Counted from the first letter of the stretch, positions 52,425 to 60,993 are shown. The stretch: 64,000 nt of DNA from Patescibacteria group bacterium UBA4787 (GCA_002402995.1 DHGX01000004.1:85186-149185); one strand, 5' to 3'. Translations and numbers: made by a program. Notes: generated by a model not told the origin, from the letters alone.

Positions 52425-53141
52425 TTATTTACTTTTTTTATCAATGTAATCGCCGATATAATTAAATTGATCAGCTAACATTTTAGCTGAATTTTTGAAA
52501 GCATCCATGGGCGAGATTGTCCCATCGGTTTCTAAATCAATAATTAATTTATCATAATCTGTTCTTTTCCCGACGCGAACATTTTCAACGCGGTGGCCAA
52601 TTTTAACAATGGGCGTGAAAATTGAATCAATTAACATGCTGCCCAATTCCAAGTTGGTTCGATCTTTCTCCTCAGAAGAAATGTAGCCATACCCTCCAAT
52701 AACTTCTGCGCTAATTTCTAGGATCGCTTTTTTCTCGGTAAGAGTAGCTATATATTGATCGGGGTTTACAATTTCAATATCAGAATTTTTATCAAAATCA
52801 CCCGCTGTTACTTTTTTTTCGCCGCTGACTTTCATTTTTAACAAAACAGGAGTTTCGTCCGATTTTAAGATCTTAAATCTTAAAGATTTAAGATTTAAAA
52901 CGATTTGTAAAATATCTTCTTTGATACCCGGTAAAGTAGAAAATTCGTGTTTTACGCCATGTATCTTAACAATATTAATGGCCGCGCCTGGTAAAGAAGA
53001 AAGCATTACCCTTCTTAAGGCGTTGCCCCACGTAATACCATAGCCCGGGTAACAAGGCTCAATGATAATAGTTGCTTTGTTTTTATTTTTTGTGCCTGCC
53101 TGTTGATATTCGACTTGACCTGGTATAAATATATTTTCCAT
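52425..53141 (-). CDS. rpoA: RNA polymerase alpha subunit (NTD only, 238 aa)
   Basis: GYGITWGNALRRVMLSSLPG, HEFST, RTDYDKL; stops before the alpha-CTD. Confidence 0.93.
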   Translation of the reverse strand: MENIFIPGQVEYQQAGTKNKNKATIIIEPCYPGYGITWGNALRRVMLSSLPGAAINIVKIHGVKHEFSTLPGIKEDILQIVLNLKSLRFKILKSDETPVLLKMKVSGEKKVTAGDFDKNSDIEIVNPDQYIATLTEKKAILEISAEVIGGYGYISSEEKDRTNLELGSMLIDSIFTPIVKIGHRVENVRVGKRTDYDKLIIDLETDGTISPMDAFKNSAKMLADQFNYIGDYIDKKSK

Positions 53142-53165
53142 AAAATTAAATATTTATTTATGATT

Positions 53166-53798
53166 TTATCTTGAATAAAATTCAACAATTAGCCTAGTAT
53201 CAACATCCTGCGGAAGTTCTTCGTCGTCCGGGTGTTTAACTATTTTAATAGTTGCATTTTTTGCGTCTATCGTGAACCATGTTAATTCGCGTTTTTTGCC
53301 TTTGTTAGCAGCTAAATTTTCTTGAATATTTTTTCTTATTTTTGAAGATTCTTTGATGGAAATTTCGTCGCCAATTTTTACGACATAAGAAGGAATATCT
53401 AGCTTTTTGCCATTAACCCGAACATGTCCGTGGCCAATTAATTGTTTACAGGCGTTTCTCGAAGACAAGAATCCTGCGTTAAAAACAACGCTGTCCAGCC
53501 TAGTTTCTAAAAGTCTAAAAAGCTGAAATTCGGTATTACCTACACTTTTTTTTGCTTTATTAAAATAATTTTTAAGCTGTCGCTCTAATATTCCGTATAT
53601 TTTTTTTAATCTTTGCTTTTCTCGCAATTGTTGTCCGTATTCAGAAGTTCTCGGAAAACCCTTGGGACCATGTTGTCCCGGCGGATATTTTCTTTTAACA
53701 ATAGCGCATTTTGGCGAATAACATCTCTCGCCTCTTAAAAATAATTTTTTGCCTTCTCGGCGGCAAAGTTTACATTTTGGTCCGGTTTCTCTTGCCAT
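53166..53798 (-). CDS. rpsD: 30S ribosomal protein S4
   Basis: CKLCRREG, PPGQHG, LETRLD, IVEFYSR. Confidence 0.97.
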   Translation of the reverse strand: MARETGPKCKLCRREGKKLFLRGERCYSPKCAIVKRKYPPGQHGPKGFPRTSEYGQQLREKQRLKKIYGILERQLKNYFNKAKKSVGNTEFQLFRLLETRLDSVVFNAGFLSSRNACKQLIGHGHVRVNGKKLDIPSYVVKIGDEISIKESSKIRKNIQENLAANKGKKRELTWFTIDAKNATIKIVKHPDDEELPQDVDTRLIVEFYSR

Positions 53799-53833
53799 TT
53801 ATTTTACTTTAAATTTATATGATATTAGTAAAA

Positions 53834-54253
53834 TTAAACTCTTCTAACTTTCGGCGGACGGCAACCATTGTGCGGAATCGGTGTAATATCTTTTATGGTC
53901 GAAATATCCAAGCCATTCGCATGAAGAGCGCGAATCGCTGCTTCGCGTCCGGCGCCAACTCCCTTAACAAAAACTTGAACTTCTTTCAAGTCATATTTTT
54001 TGGCTTTTTCGATCGCATCTTTTACGATTATACTGGCAGCGTATGGAGTAGCTTTTTTGGGCCCACGAAATCCCATTTTTCCAGCTGCAGACCAACCCAA
54101 AACATTGCCCTGCATATCACTTATGCTGATTATAGTATTATTATAGGTTGCTTGAATATTAACCCGTCCTTTAATTATTTGTCTAACAACTTTTGAGGCT
54201 GCTGATTTTTGAACCACCTTATTTTCTTCTTTTTTTGTTTTCTTTGTTGCCAT
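53834..54253 (-). CDS. rpsK: 30S ribosomal protein S11
   Basis: ATYNNT, KATPYAA, DITPIPHNGCRP. Confidence 0.97.
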   Translation of the reverse strand: MATKKTKKEENKVVQKSAASKVVRQIIKGRVNIQATYNNTIISISDMQGNVLGWSAAGKMGFRGPKKATPYAASIIVKDAIEKAKKYDLKEVQVFVKGVGAGREAAIRALHANGLDISTIKDITPIPHNGCRPPKVRRV

Positions 54254-54278
54254 AAAAATCAAAAATTTTATTTAGGTT

Positions 54279-54668
54279 TTAGGTTTTTTGTGATGATGAT
54301 ATTCGTCCGGAACCCATAGTCTTTCTAACGTTTCCGCGAACCGTGCGAGAATTAGTTTTAGTTCGCTGTCCCCTTACTGGCAAACGCTTCATGTGTCTTG
54401 TGCCGCGATAAGCGCCAATATCTTTGAGTCTTTTAATGTTAGAAAAAATTTCGTGTTTCAATTCCCCTTCTGTTTTACAGTTTTTTTCGATCAATAATTT
54501 TAATTTCTCAACTTCTTCCGAAGTTAAGTCTTTTACTTTTTTATTTGGGTCTATACCAGCCATCGCGAGGATCTTGTTAGACAAACTTGGACCAATGCCA
54601 AAAATATGAGTTAGACCTATTTCGCTTCTTTTTTGGGGAGGTAAGTTGATACCCGCAATTCTTGCCAT
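54279..54668 (-). CDS. rpsM: 30S ribosomal protein S13
   Basis: MARIAG, LPVRGQRTKTNSRT. Confidence 0.97.
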   Translation of the reverse strand: MARIAGINLPPQKRSEIGLTHIFGIGPSLSNKILAMAGIDPNKKVKDLTSEEVEKLKLLIEKNCKTEGELKHEIFSNIKRLKDIGAYRGTRHMKRLPVRGQRTKTNSRTVRGNVRKTMGSGRISSSQKT

Positions 54669-54701
54669 AAAAAATAGTAAAATTAAAATTAATTCTTAAA
54701 A

Positions 54702-54815
54702 TTATCCCTGTCGTTGTTTATGTTTGGGATTTTTACAAATAATATAAAGTACTCTGTTCCGTCGAACAGACTTGCAGAAGCGACAAATTTTTTTAACAGA
54801 AGCCCTAACTTTCAT
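54702..54815 (-). CDS. rpmJ: 50S ribosomal protein L36 (not in ORF track)
   Basis: [37 protein letters not shown]. Confidence 0.96.
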   Translation of the reverse strand: MKVRASVKKICRFCKSVRRNRVLYIICKNPKHKQRQG

Positions 54816-54858
54816 AATATACCGATAAAAACCATTAAATTAACAAAGAAAGTAAAAT

Positions 54859-54943
54859 AATTATAATCGCTTCGCTCTTGAAATTTACTCGCTCAGGAAT
54901 CAGGTAAAAACCATTTTACCTATTCCCTCGCTCAAAAATTATA
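54859..54943 (-). mobile_element. Diverged family B element (B8) in the -10 of the rpmJ/alpha-operon promoter
   Basis: AATTATA at 54859-54865 and 54937-54943; conserved AGCGAGG...GAGCG...AATTTCA...GCGAAGCG with a different stem sequence; promoter TTGACA-17-TATAAT at 54938-54966. Confidence 0.75.
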
Positions 54944-54975
54944 CTCTAAAACAAAAAAAATGTCAATCAAAATAA

Positions 54976-55203
54976 CTAATATCGGAAAGTTATTCTACCC
55001 TTAGACAAATCATACGGACTCATTTCTATTTTAACTCGATCGCCCATGGCTATTCTAATCCGATTTAGTCTTAATCTTCCAGAAAGATAGGCCAAAATTT
55101 CTTGGCCATTATCTAATTTAACCTTAAAGGTCGTCGAAGGCAAAAGTTCTTCAATGGTTCCGTCTGATTCTAAAAATTCTTCTTTTTTGGCGTTAAACAT
55201 CAT
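54976..55203 (-). CDS. infA: Translation initiation factor IF-1
   Basis: [32 protein letters not shown]. Confidence 0.95.
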   Translation of the reverse strand: MMFNAKKEEFLESDGTIEELLPSTTFKVKLDNGQEILAYLSGRLRLNRIRIAMGDRVKIEMSPYDLSKGRITFRY

Positions 55204-55285
55204 ACTCGCTTTGCTTGTGAAATTGGGGCACTCGGAGTCAAATCAAAAGTAAAACTTTTGTTTGATCTCTTCGCTACCAATTATA
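55198..55285 (-). mobile_element. Family B element copy B6 (short form) abutting the infA start
   Basis: Minus strand TATAATT...GCGAG-TATGATG; the downstream flank contains the infA ATG. Confidence 0.88.
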
Positions 55286-55394
55286 GAAAAACTAACGTTT
55301 AATATTTTAAAACAATTATCATTCTTTGTCAATATTGCCAAAAAATTAATAAGGTCAAAACCGACTTTTAATTTCGGTTTTAAAAGTTTGGGCG

Positions 55395-56354
55395 CTAAAA
55401 ACCCACATATTCAATTTCTTCGTTCAACTCTATATTAAACTTGTCTTTGACTTTTTGTTTAATCAGACCGATTAATTTATAAGTGTCATTCGCCGTAGCA
55501 TGGTTGGCATTAATTATAAAATTCGCGTGTTTTTCGCTTATTTTTGCCCCGCCAATTCCTTGTTCCTTTAATCCTGTTTTTTCAATAAGCCAACCCGCCG
55601 GGATGGTGCCAATTTTTAAAAACCTCAAAAAATCGTCATGATATTCTGCCTCTATGGGCGCAACCATATCCGTGCTTAGGTTAATTAATTTCGCATTGCG
55701 AAATACGCAACCCGCGCTAGGTTCGAGCGGATTGTTCTTGCGCAATGCCAGATTCTTGTTCATCTCTTCGGCAATTGTCTTTTGATCTTGTTTCGCTAAT
55801 ATTATTTCCCCGCTTAAAATAATATAATTTTTATTTATCTTAAATAAACTGTATCGATAAGAAAATTCGCATTTGTCGGCGTCGAAAAAGAGTGTTTTAT
55901 TATTTTCAACATCAAAAACTTTAACACGCGGAGAATTATTCTCTATAGTTTTGCCAAAAGCTCCGGCGTTGCCGCATATTGCCCCGCCGATTGTTCCGGG
56001 AATGCCAGTCGCCCACTCCAGGCCGCTCAAAGAATTTTTAAAAGCAAAATCAACCAAAGAGCTTAAATCGACGCTTGCGTCAAATTTTAAAATTCCATTT
56101 TCGTATAAAATAGAATTTCCTTTAAATTTAATAACCAATCCCCTAAATCCTTGATCTGATATTAAAATGTTGCTGCCGTCGCCTAAAATAAAAAACGGTA
56201 TATTATTATCCCTCGCGTAAATCAAAGAAGCGCAGAGATCATCTGTGTTCCTAGGTTCATAAAAAAAATCGGCTGGGCCGCCTATTCTGAAGGTCGTATG
56301 GGGGCCCAACGCAACATTATTTTTTAAGTATTCTGCTTTAAACATCTTATTCAT
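55395..56354 (-). CDS. murB: UDP-N-acetylmuramate dehydrogenase
   Basis: TTFRIGGPA, GDGSN, GIPGTIGGA..GNAGA, SAGCVFRN, SEKHANF. Confidence 0.95.
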   Translation of the reverse strand: MNKMFKAEYLKNNVALGPHTTFRIGGPADFFYEPRNTDDLCASLIYARDNNIPFFILGDGSNILISDQGFRGLVIKFKGNSILYENGILKFDASVDLSSLVDFAFKNSLSGLEWATGIPGTIGGAICGNAGAFGKTIENNSPRVKVFDVENNKTLFFDADKCEFSYRYSLFKINKNYIILSGEIILAKQDQKTIAEEMNKNLALRKNNPLEPSAGCVFRNAKLINLSTDMVAPIEAEYHDDFLRFLKIGTIPAGWLIEKTGLKEQGIGGAKISEKHANFIINANHATANDTYKLIGLIKQKVKDKFNIELNEEIEYVGF

Positions 56355-56438
56355 TATACTCGCTTTGCGAGTGAAATTAGGGCACTCGGAGTCAAATCAA
56401 AAGAAGACTTTTGTTTGATCTCTTCGCTACTAATTATA
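56352..56438 (-). mobile_element. Family B element copy B7 (short form) abutting the murB start
   Basis: Minus strand TGATATAATT...GCGAG-TATAATG (ATG of the murB ORF). Confidence 0.88.
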
Positions 56439-56558
56439 TCAGAAAATCTATGTTATTACTACACCATTAAAGGCATTCCGCGGCAAAAATGTAGAATCAC
56501 TTGGCTTAAAAAAGGAGAGGTGATATACTAGAATAAAGATAATCTAAACAAAAAAAAT

Positions 56559-57488
56559 ATGTTTTTGCCAACCATTCAACAAATTGACGAAAAAAACTTG
56601 CACTGGATCAATGTCTGCAGAACCGGCATCGAAGAAATAAAATTTCTGGAAGAAACTTATAAATTCCACCCTCTTCACCTGGCAGATTGCGCGTCTCCAA
56701 TCCAAAGACCAAAATTAGATGTCACCAATGACTATATTTTTATGGTCCTTCTGTTTCCTGTTTATCATAAAAAAACAAGGCAAATTGTTCCGACAGAGAT
56801 AGATTTTTTTATCGGCCCGGATTATTTAGTTACTGTTCATAACAACGAGCTTCCGCCTTTAATTAATTTCTTCAATCTTTGCCAAATCAGCGCGTCTCAT
56901 AGGAAGAAATATATTACGGGCAATCCCATGCTTTTACTGTACGAAATATTGAACCGCCTTTTTAAATATTGCCGGCCGCTTTTAGAGAATCTTCATTTGG
57001 GCTTAGCTAATATTGAAGATAATATTTTTAGGGGTTACGAAAGAAGAATGGTAAAAGAAATATTGATCATAAAAAAAAATATCGCCAATTTGCGCCGCAT
57101 CCTTCAAGTCCACCGATCTGTTGTCAATAAGTTGATAGAGAGAGGAGAACGAATGTTTTCGATGAGTCAAATTAAAATATTTTTTCTGCAATTAACCGAA
57201 TCTGCCAATGACATGTGGGATACGCTGGAAAACATACGCCAAACCATTGAAGATTTTGAACATACCAACAACGCTCTTATTTCGTTCCGCCTCACCGACA
57301 TCATGAAAATTCTTACTACAATATCTGTAGTAGTTTTGCCAATTTCTCTTTTAACGGGAATTTTCGGCATGGGCTTTAAAAGTACGCCATTTTTAAGCAA
57401 CCCTTATGGCTTTTGGGTTATTTTAGGTCTAATAATGGCGCTATTAATAGCTTTCGTATTCTACCTTAAACGCCGTAGGTGGTTGTAG
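56559..57488 (+). CDS. corA: CorA-family Mg2+/Co2+ transporter
   Basis: FHPL, QRPK, MKILT, GIFGMG (GMN variant), two C-terminal TM helices. Confidence 0.8.
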   Translation: MFLPTIQQIDEKNLHWINVCRTGIEEIKFLEETYKFHPLHLADCASPIQRPKLDVTNDYIFMVLLFPVYHKKTRQIVPTEIDFFIGPDYLVTVHNNELPPLINFFNLCQISASHRKKYITGNPMLLLYEILNRLFKYCRPLLENLHLGLANIEDNIFRGYERRMVKEILIIKKNIANLRRILQVHRSVVNKLIERGERMFSMSQIKIFFLQLTESANDMWDTLENIRQTIEDFEHTNNALISFRLTDIMKILTTISVVVLPISLLTGIFGMGFKSTPFLSNPYGFWVILGLIMALLIAFVFYLKRRRWL

Positions 57489-57507
57489 TTGTGGGATAAA
57501 TATAAAT

Positions 57508-57656
57508 TATGCCAGGTAGTGAAAATTCGATAGTGCTTTTTGCTTCGGTTCACTATTTGGTTTCATTATTAATAAAATAAATATTCTTTGCTTCCAGTTT
57601 ATTCTTTCATATAATCGCACTTTAAGAGAAGCATCGAATTTCTACTACCTGGTATG
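57508..57656 (+). mobile_element. Family A element copy A4 (short form) at the cysS start codon
   Basis: TATG at 57508-57511 and 57653-57656; TIRs CCAGGTAGTGAAAATTCGAT / ATCGAATTTCTACTACCTGG. Confidence 0.92.
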
Positions 57657-59042
57657 TTGCAGTTTTTTAACGACTTATCCAAAAAAAAGGAGATTTTTAC
57701 GCCAATAAAAAAAAGAGGCGTTGGTTTGTATACTTGCGGACCAACGGTTTATAATTATGTTCATATCGGTAATTTAAGAACATTTCTTTTAAATGATATC
57801 TTGAGAAGGACATTGGAGTATAACGGTTATTCTGTAAAAAATATAATTAATATAACCGACGTCGGACACTTAACTTCTGACGCTGATACAGGCGAAGACA
57901 AAATGGATAAAATGTCCAAGGCGGAAGGACGCGCTCCGGAAGAAATCGCGCAATTTTTTACCGACGCCTTTTTGGCCGACATTAAAGATTTGAATATTAT
58001 CCATCCCAATGTGCTTTGTAAAGCCACGGAACATATTCCGCAGCAAATAAAATTAATTAAAAAACTGGAAAAGAACGGCTTCACCTACCAAACCTCTGAA
58101 GCCGTATATTTTGACACGGCTAAATTTCCCGAATACGGCAAAATGGCCGGTTTTAGCGAGAAAAAAACCCAGGAAGCCCAGGCCAGAGTTGAAGAAGATC
58201 CGGAAAAGAAACATCTGGCTGATTTTACCTTATGGTTTAAGCGCGTTGGCCGCCACGCCCATCATATTATGCACTGGGATAGCCCCTGGGGCGACGGCTG
58301 GCCGGGGTGGCACATTGAGTGCAGCGCCATGTCAATGTATTATTTAGGCAAAACCTTTGATATTCACGGTGGCGGCATTGATCTTCTGCCGGTTCATCAT
58401 ATTAATGAAATCGCCCAATCCGAAGCGGCCACAGGCCAGAAATTCGTTAACTACTGGGTCCATGGGGAATTTATTCTAATGGACAGTAAAAAGATGGCCA
58501 GATCAGAGGGCGGATTTATTATGCTGCAGAATCTTATTGAAAAAGGCTTTAATCCCCTTGCCTTTCGCTATCTCTGCCTTAACACCCATTATCGCACGCA
58601 ATTAAACTTCTCTTTTCAGGCCTTGGAAGCGGCCCAGAATGCTTTGAATAAATTGTATCAAGCTATTAACGACTTCCCTAAACCGCGCGGCCGCGCTCCT
58701 GAATTTGAAGAACGCTTTTTAACGGCCATAAACGATGATTTAAATATGCCATCAGCTTTAGCCGTGGTTTGGGATTTACTTAAAACAAAAAATATTAAAC
58801 CCAGCGCCAAACTAAACACTTTATTCAAGTTTGATAAAGTTTTGGGACTTAAATTTGAAGAAACCTATAACAATTCCCAGGACACGCCGGAAGAAATAAA
58901 ACTTTTAGCCCAAGACAGAGAAGAGGCCAGGCAGGAAAAAAACTGGAAGAGAGCCGATGAAATCAGAAAAAAAATCCAAGAAGCCGGCTATCTGGTTGAA
59001 GACACGCCAACCGGACCTGATATAAAAAAAATAATATTGTAG
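57654..59042 (+). CDS. cysS: Cysteine--tRNA ligase
   Basis: CGPTVY, HIGN, PGWHIECSAM, DIHGGG, KMARS. Confidence 0.96.
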   Translation: MLQFFNDLSKKKEIFTPIKKRGVGLYTCGPTVYNYVHIGNLRTFLLNDILRRTLEYNGYSVKNIINITDVGHLTSDADTGEDKMDKMSKAEGRAPEEIAQFFTDAFLADIKDLNIIHPNVLCKATEHIPQQIKLIKKLEKNGFTYQTSEAVYFDTAKFPEYGKMAGFSEKKTQEAQARVEEDPEKKHLADFTLWFKRVGRHAHHIMHWDSPWGDGWPGWHIECSAMSMYYLGKTFDIHGGGIDLLPVHHINEIAQSEAATGQKFVNYWVHGEFILMDSKKMARSEGGFIMLQNLIEKGFNPLAFRYLCLNTHYRTQLNFSFQALEAAQNALNKLYQAINDFPKPRGRAPEFEERFLTAINDDLNMPSALAVVWDLLKTKNIKPSAKLNTLFKFDKVLGLKFEETYNNSQDTPEEIKLLAQDREEARQEKNWKRADEIRKKIQEAGYLVEDTPTGPDIKKIIL

Positions 59043-59050
59043 TCCATAAT

Positions 59051-59083
59051 AAAAACAGCCCCGATAAATCGGGGCTGTTTTTT
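59051..59083. terminator. Intrinsic terminator after cysS
   Basis: AAAAACAGCCCCGA-TAAA-TCGGGGCTGTTTTT. Confidence 0.85.
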
Positions 59084-59090
59084 AATATAC

Positions 59091-59231
59091 ATATAACGTA
59101 TCGGCATATCTAATGTTTCGCCGACCTTCTTATTATTTATCAAATGGAGGCGAAATTTGGGTGAAAGAAAAAGCGCAACTTTTGAAAATTATTAACGCAC
59201 TCTTTCTTGAACCTCATACACGCTGTTAAGT
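59091..59231 (-). repeat. attC site 1 (integron cassette recombination site)
   Basis: Minus strand R'' ACTTAAC, 5-nt spacer, ~140-bp imperfect palindrome, 6-nt spacer, R' GTTATAT; homologous to 60705-60847. Confidence 0.75.
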
Positions 59232-59332
59232 GATGTAATTTTTAACTTTTGGATTTCCAAATGCTATATATAGAAAAATTAAATAAACAGATAATAAAAA
59301 AATGGCTAATAAATTTTTTGGTCTTATAATAA

Positions 59333-59737
59333 CTACTCAACTTCTTGACCACCTTTAACTATATAACTAACTAATTTAAAAATGATTAGGAAGTATATAG
59401 CCTGTAGTCCATAGAAAAAAATAACATAAGTTACGGCTCCGTAAACAAAGAAAATATTTTCCGAAACTGCATATTTACTCTCACACTCTGCTTTTTCAGC
59501 TTCCCACTTTTCGACACTTGCATCATTATAGTCACGAGCTAGAAAATCGTCATCTGCATAGTTTTCACAGTTAAACAGAGGGGTAAAAGAGTTCTCATAA
59601 GCCGTCATCGTCAATTGATATGGCGCAATAGCAACTACAAGGAAAAACAAGACTACCAAAACTCTGTGCCACCAATATTTTTTCAACTTATTTTGTGTTT
59701 TTGTAAACGGAAATAGCCATTTTTTTATTTTTTTCAT
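59333..59737 (-). CDS. Cassette-borne membrane protein
   Basis: Two TM helices flanking a Cys-containing loop. Confidence 0.7.
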   Translation of the reverse strand: MKKIKKWLFPFTKTQNKLKKYWWHRVLVVLFFLVVAIAPYQLTMTAYENSFTPLFNCENYADDDFLARDYNDASVEKWEAEKAECESKYAVSENIFFVYGAVTYVIFFYGLQAIYFLIIFKLVSYIVKGGQEVE

Positions 59738-59761
59738 AGAGTTCGAAAATAAAATTATTTT

Positions 59762-60154
59762 TTATCTCACTACCACGTCAAAGCTATAATCTTTTGTCCA
59801 TTCAAAGCCAGGAAAATCAAACAACTGTTCTTGTAAGTCTTTTTTTATCATTTCCTTAATATCTTCTGCTCTGTCTTGTGGTAAAATATTCTTGGGATAT
59901 ACATAAACTACAATGCTTTTTGCAAGCACAGATCCGTATGCGTTAAAATCAAGAAACAAGACAGAATCCTTTATTTGACGACGATAAAAATAATCATTGA
60001 TAAATCCCTCAAGCTCTAATTCAGTTTTTCTAGTAATTTCAGTCGTTTGATTTTCTGATTGTTTAACTGGTTGTGTGTCGTTTTTAACAAGTGTCGAACA
60101 ACCTGTTAAAACTAAAACAACAAGCAATAGTGTTGGAATTAGTAGTTTTTTCAT
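59762..60154 (-). CDS. Cassette-borne lipoprotein
   Basis: MKK signal peptide with LTGC lipobox. Confidence 0.75.
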   Translation of the reverse strand: MKKLLIPTLLLVVLVLTGCSTLVKNDTQPVKQSENQTTEITRKTELELEGFINDYFYRRQIKDSVLFLDFNAYGSVLAKSIVVYVYPKNILPQDRAEDIKEMIKKDLQEQLFDFPGFEWTKDYSFDVVVR

Positions 60155-60177
60155 AGTGGTTTTGATAAAAAATAATT

Positions 60178-60675
60178 TTATTTTTTAAATTCTTCCACTT
60201 TCCTTTTTAGAATGTCATTTCTAACTTTATTTACAGCTCTTAAATAAGAAATATCATTTTCTGTATAGTTGTCTCCGTAATCAGATAGATAAAAACTATA
60301 TAACGCTTTCAGTGTTAAAGCATCGTAGATATCATAACTAAGGATATAATTTTTTCCATTAATATTCGTTGAAAAGGAGCTTGAATATAAACAAGTATTA
60401 AGGGTGGGGCTATAAAATATCTCTTCAAGAACCTCTTCCCCTAAATTTCCATTAGATTCCTTGATGATTTGTTGGATTTTATCAAGCTGGTCAAAACATG
60501 CCTTTTTCTTTGTAAACAAATCTTCCGGTTGCTTTTCTGTTGCCGAGGCATCTTGGTTAATTTCTTGATAGTTGTTTTGAGCGTCGTTTTTGGAGGATTG
60601 ATATTTATCAAAGATAATATATGCCCCCAATACTACAATAATTGCTACTAAAATTGGTGCGATAAATTTTTTCAT
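60178..60675 (-). CDS. Cassette-borne membrane-anchored protein
   Basis: N-terminal TM; FTKKKAC, IFYSPTLNTCLY. Confidence 0.75.
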   Translation of the reverse strand: MKKFIAPILVAIIVVLGAYIIFDKYQSSKNDAQNNYQEINQDASATEKQPEDLFTKKKACFDQLDKIQQIIKESNGNLGEEVLEEIFYSPTLNTCLYSSSFSTNINGKNYILSYDIYDALTLKALYSFYLSDYGDNYTENDISYLRAVNKVRNDILKRKVEEFKK

Positions 60676-60704
60676 AAAGATGTATAGTAATTTTTTATTA
60701 TTTC

Positions 60705-60847
60705 ACTTAACGTTCAAGTATATGAGAAGTTTCGCCGACTTCCTTATTATTTTATCATAGAGGAGACGAAATTTGGGTGAAAGAAAAAGTGCAACCTTTG
60801 AAAATTATTTATGCGCTTTTTCTTGAACCGCATATTCGTTGTTAGAC
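60705..60847 (-). repeat. attC site 2
   Basis: Minus strand R'' GTCTAAC ... R' GTTAAGT; this R' complements the R'' of attC1, as expected for one integrated cassette. Confidence 0.78.
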
Positions 60848-60874
60848 GAAGTTGCGAATACTTGGAGCAATTTT

Positions 60875-60895
60875 GTCTAACTCGTTTTTAAACGA
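60875..60895 (-). other. attI-like site
   Basis: Minus strand GTTTAAAAACGA-GTTAGAC resembles attI1 (CCTAAAACAAA-GTTRRRY); GTTAGAC complements the R'' of attC2. Confidence 0.45.
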
Positions 60896-60993
60896 AATAT
60901 TTATGATGATTTAACAAATATCGTATATTTTATACATAATTAGCGGGGGCGGGTAAACTACGATATAATATATACATAGCCAATTAAGCGATT

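Noticed and set aside
53819-54196. 125-aa plus-strand ORF and other antisense ORFs over ribosomal genes
   Set aside because: Shadows of conserved genes (rpsK, rpsM, rplL, rplJ, rpsB).
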